NCBI GenBank assembly: GCA_031409275.1
Contig: JANNXA010000028.1
Coordinates: forward strand, 12,257-76,256
From: Planctomycetota bacterium
GTDB lineage: Bacteria > Planctomycetota > B15-G4 > SIAN01
Direction: 5' to 3'
DNA: 64,000 bases
The notes under the pieces were generated by a model. The model did no database searches. It saw only the letters and a program-made list of their open reading frames with translations, and was not told the origin of the DNA. Position 1 is the stretch's first letter; the number at the start of each line of letters is the position of its first letter. Both the position numbers and the translations under genes were made by a program. This document shows positions 28,995 through 38,015 of the stretch, piece after piece.

Positions 28995-29281
28995 TCGTTG
29001 CGAGGGCGTGTCATCCGCGTCGCAATGACGACACGCTCGCGCGGGGTGGCTCTTCGTGGTGAGCCGTACTGGCGGCCGCGTGACTTTGGTTGCTTGGTGC
29101 AGCTGAAGGCGTGGTACTCGGACATCACGGCGGGCAAACCGGCGCGAGCGTGTCGCCGCTGCGACGGACGACGCAACCGCGAACATCGCGATCGAGACGG
29201 GGCGCGCCACACCGCCGTCTCGAGTCTGCTTGCGGGGACTGAGCTGGCCGCCGAGTGCCGCGCGGCCAGCTCGGTCTTTTT
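28995..29281 (+). ncRNA. Candidate structured ncRNA (long rod-like hairpin of 6S-RNA size plus a 3' hairpin and terminator)
   Basis: 14-bp perfect stem 29029-29042/29142-29155; 7-bp stem 29018-29024/29160-29166; 9-bp hairpin 29192-29223; TTACCG-N16-TACGCT at 28966-28993; no credible ORF. Confidence 0.4.
29237..29281 (+). terminator. Rho-independent terminator oriented for + strand transcription
   Basis: 15-bp stem GACTGAGCTGGCCGC/GCGGCCAGCTCGGTC (one G-U) followed by TTTTT. Confidence 0.75.
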
Positions 29282-29290
29282 CCATGGTCG

Positions 29291-31777
29291 TCAGCTGCCA
29301 ATGGTCATCTCGGCGCCGTTGCTGAGCGCGAGCTTCTGCAGCGCGGCAGGGTCGGCGATCACGGCCTGGAAGTCGACGATCACGCCGACCAGTGCCGGAT
29401 CGGCTGGCAGCGTGTCGGTCACCACGACGTCACCATCGCCGCTCGCGCCGGGCGTTCCGTCCAGCACCAGCGGAACGATGACCCACGGCGTCGCCACCAG
29501 CAGTTGCCCGCCGACGAAGGGCGTGCTGGCGCGCGCGAAGCCGAGGATCAGCAGCGCGGCCGCGCCGCCGCGGCCGTTCCCGATCGTCAGCGTCACGTCG
29601 TCGTCGAGGTTCGGCGAGCCGCTCAGCGTCGCGGTCGGCACCAGGCCGCCGGTGCCGGCGGTGCCGCTGCCATAGGTCGTGAAGCCGCCGATCGCCGGCG
29701 GATCGAGGTTGCCGCTCGCGACCATCGCGTACGACTGCGCCGAGCTCGACGCGATGTTGTTGGCGCGCACGGTGACGGCGTACCAGCCAAGCGGCGGCGT
29801 TTGCAGGCGCACGCGCTCGACGTTGTTCAGCGGATCGGTGCTGCCGCCGGTGGTGGAGAAGCCGCCGCTGAAGACGTTGCCGCGATAGAGCGTGCCGTTG
29901 GGCGTCACGACTTCGAGGTCGAGGTCGTTCACCACCGGGCTGCTCGAGTTCAGCGTGCCGGGGGCGTCAGGGAAGACGAGGCAGAGGTTCAGCTCCGAGG
30001 TGTTGGCGTAGACGTTGATCCACTCGGTGCGCTCGTCGCCGGAACTCGAGAACGCGCCGGCGCTGCCTGGATCGGTGACCCACAGCTTGCGCGCGTCGCC
30101 TGCGAAGTAGAGCGAGTGGTCGAGCAGCAGGCGTCCCCAGCCTTCGATGTTCGTCGGGTAGCCCGATTCGCCCGCCATGTCGCGACCGGAGTTGATCAGC
30201 ACCGCCTTCAGCAGCGAGCCGGACGGTGCGAAGGCGTCGACCGCGTTCGCTGCGCCGCTCGGCCAGTAACCCGCCTCGAAGTAGCTCTTGGTCAACGCGG
30301 CGGCGCCCGCGATCGCGGGGCACGCCATGCTCGTCCCGCTCATCGAGGTGGTCGAGCAGCTGCGACCGTCATTCACCGATTGGATGTTGCAGCCGGGCGC
30401 GAAGAGTTCCGGCTTGCGTCGACCATCGGCCGTCGGGCCCGCGCCCGCGGTGCAGTGGCGTCCCTCGTTGGGGGACTGCTCGGTGGCGCCGACCGCCAGC
30501 ACGTTTTTGGCGTTCTCCGGGTTCTTCAGCAACGAGCCGTTGCTGACCGCGAAGCAGATCAGCGTCTCCTGGTGTTCCCACATCATCGCGTCGATGTCGA
30601 CGCACCACGCGTTGTAGGCGGTCGTGAAGTCGTCGCCCCACGAGTTGGTGAAGATGGTCGCGCCGTCGCTGTAGAGCTCTTCGAGCTTCGACTTGAAGTT
30701 GCTGCTGTTGACGAGGCTGTCGTTGGTGTGGGCGAGGCGCGCGTGGTACGCCGTCCCGTTTCCGCCGAGCACGCCGTTGATCGGCTCCTGGTCGCCGGCC
30801 GCGCTGCCCGCGGTGTGGGTGCCGTGGCTGTCGGAGTTCGTGTAGCTGCCGTGGTGCGAGACGACCTTTCGGTGCGTCGGATCGGGCGCGCTGACCGCGG
30901 GATCGTTGAACCAGCAGGCCGCGAGATCGAGCGCGCCATCGATGTGTCCGATGATCACGCCATCGCCCAGCACGCCATTCGCCCACACGGGCGTGCTGCC
31001 GCTGACATCGCTCTGGATCACCCAGGTCGTCGTGTCGTTGGGGAGCGGGGCGAGCGGAGCCGCCATGCCCGCTGCGGTGGATGCGAGCGGCACCGCGCCG
31101 CGCCGCACCAGTTGCGAGAGCGGCGCGATCCACTGCACGTCGCGCACATGCGCCAGCGCCGTCAAGCGGTTGGCCGGCAGTCGCGCCAGCAGGCGCGTGC
31201 GAAACCCGGCGTCGGGCTCGTCGAGCTCGACCCCCAGCTCGACCAGCTCGCGCGTCGCGGTCGCCGAGTCGCAGCCGCGGAAGAGCTCGATCAACACCTC
31301 GAGCGGTGCGTCGCCGGCCGATGCGGCACCGGCCAGCAGATCGAGGTCGATGCGGTAGGCCGGCTGAAACGGCACGAGCGCGCGCACTCGTGGCCAACTC
31401 GCGAATGCCGGCAGCGCCGCGGCTGGCGTGCGCACGAGGTAGGCGTTGTTCGGGACGTAGGCGATCGCCTCGACCCCGAGCTCCGCGAGCGTCGCGCGAT
31501 CGGCCGGCGTGACGCGGTCGATGAACTGCACCACGAAGTAGTCGGAGTAGAGACCGTTGGCGGAGTCGACGGCCGCCGCCCGCTGCTCCTCGCGGCTCCA
31601 GGTCAGCGCCTCGGGCAGTGTCGGCACTTCGACTCGCGGATCGAACTCGGCCGCGTGCAGCAGGAGCAATCGCGGGTCGCGCAGCTTCGTCGCCATGTCC
31701 GACTGCGGAGCCGCCCAGGGCAGCAACGCCGCCATGGTGGCCAGCAGGCGATTCGTGGGTGGTGAAGCGAGTCGCAT
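29291..31777 (-). CDS. S8 family subtilisin-like serine peptidase (Kp43-like) with a C-terminal accessory domain
   Basis: GGAG RBS; triad motifs GHIDG, HGTHTAG, SGTSMACP; NDLDLEV...NNVERV domain. Confidence 0.93.
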   Translation of the reverse strand: MRLASPPTNRLLATMAALLPWAAPQSDMATKLRDPRLLLLHAAEFDPRVEVPTLPEALTWSREEQRAAAVDSANGLYSDYFVVQFIDRVTPADRATLAELGVEAIAYVPNNAYLVRTPAAALPAFASWPRVRALVPFQPAYRIDLDLLAGAASAGDAPLEVLIELFRGCDSATATRELVELGVELDEPDAGFRTRLLARLPANRLTALAHVRDVQWIAPLSQLVRRGAVPLASTAAGMAAPLAPLPNDTTTWVIQSDVSGSTPVWANGVLGDGVIIGHIDGALDLAACWFNDPAVSAPDPTHRKVVSHHGSYTNSDSHGTHTAGSAAGDQEPINGVLGGNGTAYHARLAHTNDSLVNSSNFKSKLEELYSDGATIFTNSWGDDFTTAYNAWCVDIDAMMWEHQETLICFAVSNGSLLKNPENAKNVLAVGATEQSPNEGRHCTAGAGPTADGRRKPELFAPGCNIQSVNDGRSCSTTSMSGTSMACPAIAGAAALTKSYFEAGYWPSGAANAVDAFAPSGSLLKAVLINSGRDMAGESGYPTNIEGWGRLLLDHSLYFAGDARKLWVTDPGSAGAFSSSGDERTEWINVYANTSELNLCLVFPDAPGTLNSSSPVVNDLDLEVVTPNGTLYRGNVFSGGFSTTGGSTDPLNNVERVRLQTPPLGWYAVTVRANNIASSSAQSYAMVASGNLDPPAIGGFTTYGSGTAGTGGLVPTATLSGSPNLDDDVTLTIGNGRGGAAALLILGFARASTPFVGGQLLVATPWVIVPLVLDGTPGASGDGDVVVTDTLPADPALVGVIVDFQAVIADPAALQKLALSNGAEMTIGS

Positions 31778-31877
31778 GCGATTCTCCGGTGTGACGTCAC
31801 GACTCAGCAGACCGCGCCAGCCGCGAAGCGCAAGGAGTCGCTGGATCGGCGTCGTCGCGCGCGGTAGTCCCTTCGCC

Positions 31878-34800
31878 ATGAGTACCACCGTCGCACTCCT
31901 CGTCGCGGTCGCAGCTTTCGCGCAGCAGCGGATCCCGCTGAACGGCCCATGGGAGATCGCGCCCGAGCCGGCTGCGGCCGCCACTGCAACCGCCGGCACC
32001 AGGAGCGCACCACCGCCTCGCTACGACCAGACCGTGACAGTGCCGAGCGCCTTCGAGACCGCGCTCGGCGTCGACTTCGATGGCGTCGCGTGGTTGCGCC
32101 GGACGTTGCCGTTGACGGAAGAGCAGCGGGGCGCGCGGGTGCGGGTCGAGTTCGCGGCGGCGGCGACGGCGGCGCGCGTGCTCGTCAACGGCGTCGAAGT
32201 CGGGCGACACCTCGGCGGCTGGACACCCTTTGCCTTCGAGCTCACGGCGGCGCGCGCGGCGGATGGTTCGCCTGCGCTGCGCTTCGACGGCAGCGACGTG
32301 CTGGAGGTCGAGCTCGACGAGAAGGTCGGCCACAACACGCAAGGCTTCCTGCCGATCATCCAGCCGCACTTCGGCGGGATCTGGCAGGACGTGACGATGT
32401 GTGTCGATCGCGGGCCGACCATCGATCGCGCGGAACTGTGGAGCTTCGGCAAGTACGACCCGACGAGCGGCGGTGGTGAGCTGACCGTGCGCGTGCCGTG
32501 GCGTGCGGGGCGCGCGACGGAGGGCGAGCGGGCACCGGCGTCGATTGCGGTCGAGCTGTTCGACGACCAGAAGCCGTTGGCGAAAGAGGTCGTGATCGTC
32601 AGCGAGGGCGGCTCGCGCGAGCGGCTCCGCTCCGGCAGCGGTCTCGTCGCGCCCGACGGCAGCGTCGAGATTCGGCTGCCGCTCGCCAGGGTGGGACCGT
32701 GGAGGCCGGGGCTCGCGACGCTCTATCGGCTGCGCGCGCAGCTGCTCGATGCGAAGGGCACGGTGCTCGACCAGGCGGAGCGCAACGTGGGCTTCCGGTC
32801 GCTCGCCGTCGACGGCACGACGATCCTCTGGAACGGTGCGCCGCTGCAGGTGCGCGGGCTGCTGCACTGGGGCTACTCGCCGCCACACCTCGCGCCGCCG
32901 ACCGAACGCGCGTACTGGCGCGAGCAGCTCGAAGCGCTCCGCGCGATGGGCTTCAACACGCTCAAGTGCTGCCTCTGGGTGCCGCCGAGCTGCGTCTACG
33001 AGCTGTGCGACGAGATGGGGATCCTGGTCTGGCAGGAGTACCCGACCTGGCACCCGCAGATGGACGAGGCGCATCGTGCGGAGCTGCGGCGCGAGTACGA
33101 GGAGTTCTTCGCGCACGACGGCCGCCACGCGTGCGTCGCGTTCCGCTCCATCACTTGCGAGACCGGCCAGAGCGCCGAGCTCGCGGTCGTGAAGGAGCTC
33201 TTCGAGGCATGCAAGGCGGCGGTGCCCGACACGCTGGTGGTCGACGATTCGAGCTGGATCGGCTGGCAGCGCATCACCGACTTCTGGGACGAGCACCCGT
33301 ATGGCAACCACCGCTGGTGGCCGCAGCGCCTCGCCGACTTCGCGCAACACCAGATCGAGAAAGGGAAGAAGCCGCTGCTGCTCGGCGAATGCATGGCGGG
33401 AGACACGTGGGCCGATCGCGCGGCGTGGGATGCGCGATGGGGCGCCGAGGAGCAGGCGACCGGGAAGAAATGGTGGCGCCCCGACTGCTACGAAGCGCAG
33501 GCCAACTTCGAAGAGTGGCTGACGGAGGAGTGCGGTGCCGAGACGGTCGCGTCGCTGCTGCCGACATCGCTCGAGACGGCCCTCGAGGCACGCAAGTACC
33601 AGATCGAGACGCTGCGCGCGACGCTGCCCGATGCGGGCTACGTGGTGTCGGTGGCGCGCGACTTCGCGAAGGCGCGGATGGGGCTGTGGGATGACCTGGG
33701 GCGGCCGAAGTGGCCGTTGTCGAAGAACTCCGGTGTCGGTGACGCATGGAGTTGGCACGGCGACACCATGCTGTCGTTGCGCACTCACGGGGAGCGGCGG
33801 GGGTTCGTCGACCGGATCGAACTGCCGGTGGTTGCGACCATCTTTCGGCCCGCGTTCCAGCCCGACCTCCCGCAACGGGACGCGCACAAGTGGAACCGGT
33901 GGGATCTGCGAGTCTCCGCACGACTGGACGGAGGACGCATGGAGTCGGCGAACTGGGCCAAGGGAGTGATCGAGTACGACCCGCCGACGGCCGCGCCTCC
34001 GGTCACGCTCGGCATTGCACCGTCGACCAGCACGACACCCCGCGTCTGGGTCGTCGAGGCATCGCTGTCTCATCGTGTGTCAGACGAATTCAAGGCGATG
34101 TTCGGTCGGCGTTACAGGTCAGTGAACGACCAGAACTCCTGGCGCCTCTGGCAGCTCCCGCCCTTCCCCTCCACCCTCCCGCCTTCCGTCCGCGAAGTCG
34201 ACCATCTCGACGCCGCCACCCTCGACTTCCTCGAACAAGGAGGCCGCGTGCTGCTCAAGGTCGCCGGCGCCAAGCACACGCTGAAGAGCGACGGCATGTG
34301 GTGGCTGCGCGGCGCGCCGTTCACGCCACCGCATCCGGTCCACGCCACCGTCCCCGCCGACATGCTGCGCGAGCTGCAGCCGTTCGACCTCGACGGCGAG
34401 CGGGTGATGCCGTGGACGGTGCTGCGCGGCCAGGTCGATCCGATCCTCGCCTTCTGGGAGACGCACGACATCGCCGAGGTGCGAGCTCACCTCTTCGCCT
34501 TCGACACGCGCGTCGGCAAGGGCCGGCTGCTGGCGAGCTGCCTCGACACGACCAGCGACGCCGGCCGCTACGTCCGCAGCGCCTTCGCTCGCCACCTCGC
34601 CGACGGTCCGGCGCCCAAGCGCGAGCTCGCCCCCGCGACGATCGCCGCGCTGCGTGGCCTCTTCGCCGAGCAGCGGCTCGACCTGCCGACCTGGCGTTTC
34701 ACCATGGACCCTGACGATCAGGGGCTTGCCGCCGGCTACGCACAGCCGAGCTTCGATGTCGCGAAGTGGCGCGACATGCAGGCCGGCTCGCACTGGGAGA

Positions 34801-35141
34801 ACCACGGCGACGACGTGAAGCATTACACCGGCATCGCGTGGTACCGCGTCGACTTCGAGCTCGGCGCAGCGTGGGCTGGCCAGCCGGCGCGCGCCGTCTT
34901 CGAGGGGATCGACGACAGCGCGATCGTCTGGCTCGATGGTCGTGAAGTGGGGCGCTTTGGCGATCCCGCAACGAACACGACGATCTGGCTGCAAGCGCAG
35001 CAGGCCGAGCTTGGCGCGCTCGCTCCCGGCAACCACACGCTCACGCTGCGCGTCGTCGACCACGCCGGTGCTGGCGGCCTCTGGAAGCCCGTCTACCTCA
35101 CGAGTGGCCCGGTCGGCGAGGTGCGCACGCTGCTCGAGTGA
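31878..35141 (+). CDS. Glycoside hydrolase family 2-like protein with N- and C-terminal sugar-binding domains
   Basis: Signal peptide; LNGPW; DFDGVAWLRR; GRHLGGWTPF; GGIWQDV; VGFR; MGFNTLK; CDEMGILVWQE; second jelly-roll HYTGIAWYR...GGLWKPVYL. Confidence 0.85.
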   Translation: MSTTVALLVAVAAFAQQRIPLNGPWEIAPEPAAAATATAGTRSAPPPRYDQTVTVPSAFETALGVDFDGVAWLRRTLPLTEEQRGARVRVEFAAAATAARVLVNGVEVGRHLGGWTPFAFELTAARAADGSPALRFDGSDVLEVELDEKVGHNTQGFLPIIQPHFGGIWQDVTMCVDRGPTIDRAELWSFGKYDPTSGGGELTVRVPWRAGRATEGERAPASIAVELFDDQKPLAKEVVIVSEGGSRERLRSGSGLVAPDGSVEIRLPLARVGPWRPGLATLYRLRAQLLDAKGTVLDQAERNVGFRSLAVDGTTILWNGAPLQVRGLLHWGYSPPHLAPPTERAYWREQLEALRAMGFNTLKCCLWVPPSCVYELCDEMGILVWQEYPTWHPQMDEAHRAELRREYEEFFAHDGRHACVAFRSITCETGQSAELAVVKELFEACKAAVPDTLVVDDSSWIGWQRITDFWDEHPYGNHRWWPQRLADFAQHQIEKGKKPLLLGECMAGDTWADRAAWDARWGAEEQATGKKWWRPDCYEAQANFEEWLTEECGAETVASLLPTSLETALEARKYQIETLRATLPDAGYVVSVARDFAKARMGLWDDLGRPKWPLSKNSGVGDAWSWHGDTMLSLRTHGERRGFVDRIELPVVATIFRPAFQPDLPQRDAHKWNRWDLRVSARLDGGRMESANWAKGVIEYDPPTAAPPVTLGIAPSTSTTPRVWVVEASLSHRVSDEFKAMFGRRYRSVNDQNSWRLWQLPPFPSTLPPSVREVDHLDAATLDFLEQGGRVLLKVAGAKHTLKSDGMWWLRGAPFTPPHPVHATVPADMLRELQPFDLDGERVMPWTVLRGQVDPILAFWETHDIAEVRAHLFAFDTRVGKGRLLASCLDTTSDAGRYVRSAFARHLADGPAPKRELAPATIAALRGLFAEQRLDLPTWRFTMDPDDQGLAAGYAQPSFDVAKWRDMQAGSHWENHGDDVKHYTGIAWYRVDFELGAAWAGQPARAVFEGIDDSAIVWLDGREVGRFGDPATNTTIWLQAQQAELGALAPGNHTLTLRVVDHAGAGGLWKPVYLTSGPVGEVRTLLE

Positions 35142-35240
35142 CGCAGACAGCAATCGCTGGACGATCACTCCCGTTGCGTGGATCATCGCTCGTTGCTCGC
35201 TGTTAGGCGCTCTGAACCCCGTTCTCCGCTGGAGTGAACC

Positions 35241-35783
35241 ATGCACAAGCCGATCGCCCTCGTCGTCGCGTTGGTCCTTGCGCCAATCGTCGGCGCCTTC
35301 CTTCTCGTCAACCACTCCTCGGGCTCGGCTCACGCCGCCGCGAGCAGCGCGCCCGCCATCGGGGGCGACTCGCCGCCCTGGTACGCGCAGGTCCGCGCCG
35401 AGTACGTCGTCCTCTATGGCAACCGCGACCAATCGTTCACGACCTTCACGATCATGAACCGCAGTCTCACGAAGTCGCTCTTCCTCGGCGACGTCTGGGC
35501 GATGGGTCCGGACGGTCTCGCCGAGGTCTTGAGCGTCCACACCGGCTTGAACGGCATCGAGCTGCCCCCGCTCGGCAGCGTCGACGTCGCCGTCGATTCG
35601 ACGAGCTTCCCGGGGCTGCAGCCGGAGCTCGAGATTGGCGATCGCGGCCTCGAGAGCATCGCGGTGAGCTGGATCGGGCCGAAGGATGCGTTGCGCCTCT
35701 CGGCGGGGATCCTGCGCAACCAGCCGGGCACGCTCGACAACCGCGTGATGACCTGGATCGAAGGACACGTCGTCACGAAGTGA
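35241..35783 (+). CDS. Hypothetical exported protein
   Basis: GGAG RBS; N-terminal hydrophobic signal; host-like codon usage. Confidence 0.7.
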   Translation: MHKPIALVVALVLAPIVGAFLLVNHSSGSAHAAASSAPAIGGDSPPWYAQVRAEYVVLYGNRDQSFTTFTIMNRSLTKSLFLGDVWAMGPDGLAEVLSVHTGLNGIELPPLGSVDVAVDSTSFPGLQPELEIGDRGLESIAVSWIGPKDALRLSAGILRNQPGTLDNRVMTWIEGHVVTK

Positions 35784-35878
35784 ATGTGAGGGCCGGCGGC
35801 GTCGCGGGCGCCTGATGCGCCGCGGCGCGCGCCGGATTCCCCATCTCACCCCGCTTCGCACGCTCCCCGGAGCCCCGC

Positions 35879-36247
35879 ATGTCCCCGAAGATGTCGAAAG
35901 CCAAGGACGCCGAGTCGCTGCTCGCCGAGCTTCCGTCGTCGCTGCGCGCGGTGACGAAGCGGCTGCGTGCGTTCGTCCACGAGCACGCGCCGAAGCTCGT
36001 CGAGCAGGTGAAGTGGGGGAGCCTCTGCTTCGTCGGTCGCGGCGTCGTCTGCTACACCCACGCGCTTGCCGAGCACGTCGACTTCGGCTTCTTCCAGGGC
36101 GCGTTGCTCGACGATCCGTCGAAGGTCCTGCAGGGGAAGGGGAAGTTCCTCCGCCACGTGAAGGTGCGCAAGCCGGCTGACGTGAAGGAGAAGCAGCTCG
36201 CCCCGTTCTTGAAGCAGGCGCTCGCGCTCGACGCGAAGCGAAGCTGA
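35879..36247 (+). CDS. DUF1801 (YdhG-like) domain protein
   Basis: GGAG RBS; EQVKWG; HVDFGFFQGALLDDP; GKGKFLRHVKV. Confidence 0.85.
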   Translation: MSPKMSKAKDAESLLAELPSSLRAVTKRLRAFVHEHAPKLVEQVKWGSLCFVGRGVVCYTHALAEHVDFGFFQGALLDDPSKVLQGKGKFLRHVKVRKPADVKEKQLAPFLKQALALDAKRS

Positions 36248-36473
36248 CGAGGCGTCCCGCCGCCGGGCAACTCCAGGCCGGCGACGCCAGCGCCTCGCGG
36301 CACCGCTTGTTCCAGGCGATGCGCGCGCCTCTTCCCGTGGAGTGAGAAGCACGACCCATCCACTCGCGTCGCGATCGTCGCCGCTGCATCGCGACCGTCC
36401 GAGCCGGGCTCGTTTGCCCGCGGCCTCGCGTTTGCCAAGGCTCCTCTCATCCCACCGTCACGAGGAGAAGCCG

Positions 36474-36917
36474 ATGCACATGTCCGATCTGATGACCCGC
36501 AATGTCTTCAAAGTGCGAAGCAGCGTCGACGCCGAGAGCGCCTTCACTCTGATGCGCTCGAAGGGGATCCACCACCTTGCCGTGCAGGATGGCGACCGCG
36601 TCGTGGGCGTCCTGACCGAGCGCGATCTCGGCGGTTCGCGCGGGGTGGCCCTGCGTCGCGGCAAGTTCGTCTCCGAGCTGATGGCGCGCGAAGTCGTGAC
36701 GGTGTCGCCCGGCACCACGGTGCGTGAGGCGGCCACCAAGATGCGCGCGCGCTCGATCGGCTCGGTCCTGGTGACCGAAGGTGCCACGGTCTGCGGCATC
36801 GTCACCGTCTCCGATCTGCTCGGCCTGCTGGCGAGCGACGGCCGACCGGCACCGGTGAAAAAGAGGTTCGCCGACGGCAGGCCACGTCCGGCGAAGACGC
36901 TCGGCTACAAGCGCTGA
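36474..36917 (+). CDS. CBS-domain (tandem pair) protein
   Basis: GAGGAG RBS; DLMTRNV...GVLTERDL and ELMAREV...GIVTVSDL. Confidence 0.9.
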   Translation: MHMSDLMTRNVFKVRSSVDAESAFTLMRSKGIHHLAVQDGDRVVGVLTERDLGGSRGVALRRGKFVSELMAREVVTVSPGTTVREAATKMRARSIGSVLVTEGATVCGIVTVSDLLGLLASDGRPAPVKKRFADGRPRPAKTLGYKR

Positions 36918-37018
36918 ACCCGGCTCGCCGGGCCGTCCACCGACGCCTGTCGCGCCCCGCCCTTTTGGCATCGAGCGGCTGGGCTACCCTTGTCCCATCG
37001 CCCCAAGGGAGCCGCTCG

Positions 37019-37963
37019 ATGCCGTCCATTTCGCCGTTCGGTGGCGCTTTGCTTGGCGCTGCGCTCCTCCTCGTGCCACACGCTGCGCCGCAATCCGCGA
37101 CGAAGGCTGCGACGCAAGCGGCGTCGCCCGCCGCCGACGCGAAGGGCTACGAGGCACTGGTTGGCACGTGGCTCTACTCCGGCGACATGACGCCCGACCG
37201 CCCGGTCGCGGAGCGCTCGCCCAACTACGGCTCGGTCTTCACCTTCCGCGTCGAGGAGAAGGCGATCGTGCTGGAGCGCCCGCTCTCGACGGACGTCGCG
37301 CCGCGGCGTTTCGCCATCGACGGCGGCGAGCGCACCGAGACCGTGAACGACCGCACGACCACGCTCATCGGTCGCTGGCGCGACGGGGCCTTGCACGCCT
37401 CGGTGCGGATCGATGCCCCCGAGAACGGGAAGCGCGTGGTCACGGAAATGAGCTACATCTTCACGCCCGTCGCCGACGGACTGCGCGTCGCCATGAAATT
37501 CGTCGAGCCGGGCGCGATGGAGAGGATCTGCATCTATCGCCAGCGCGAGCAGATCGAGCCGCGCGAGCCGGTCGCGGCGAAGGCGGAGGAACTCGCGTGG
37601 CTGGCCGGGAATTGGCGCGGCGAGCGCCGGAAGGCGTCGATCGAAGAGCGCTGGAGCGTGCCGGCGGGCGGCGCCCTGCTCGGGACGTCGCGCACGGTGA
37701 GCGGCGCGAAGATGACCGCCTTCGAGTACCTGCGGATCGTCGAGGCGGGAGGCCGCCTCGTCTACGTCGCGCAGCCCGGCGGCAAGCCGCCGACCGAGTT
37801 CACGCTGGTCGAGCTCGACGAGTCGCGCGCGGTCTTCGAAAACCCGTTCCACGACTTCCCGCAGCGGATCAGCTACGAACGCGTCGACGACCAGCTCACG
37901 GCCGAGATCAGCCGCATCGACGGCGGCGGCCCGCAGCGCTTCGACTTCAGTCTCTCGGAGTGA
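37019..37963 (+). CDS. Exported protein with a C-terminal DUF6265-like domain
   Basis: Signal peptide; LAWLAGNW...EERW...FEYLRI...FENPFHDFPQRISY. Confidence 0.8.
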   Translation: MPSISPFGGALLGAALLLVPHAAPQSATKAATQAASPAADAKGYEALVGTWLYSGDMTPDRPVAERSPNYGSVFTFRVEEKAIVLERPLSTDVAPRRFAIDGGERTETVNDRTTTLIGRWRDGALHASVRIDAPENGKRVVTEMSYIFTPVADGLRVAMKFVEPGAMERICIYRQREQIEPREPVAAKAEELAWLAGNWRGERRKASIEERWSVPAGGALLGTSRTVSGAKMTAFEYLRIVEAGGRLVYVAQPGGKPPTEFTLVELDESRAVFENPFHDFPQRISYERVDDQLTAEISRIDGGGPQRFDFSLSE

Positions 37964-38015
37964 TCGCGGCGCGGGGGACCTCCCGGTCGCGCGTCGCTGG
38001 CGCGCGACGTGCCGA

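Noticed and set aside
28795..29290. ORFs 28818..29285(-) and 28496..29212(-); also RNase P, tmRNA, SRP or retron identity for this region
   Set aside because: The ORFs have no family motifs and overlap stable hairpins; signature RNA motifs were not seen; no reverse transcriptase is nearby
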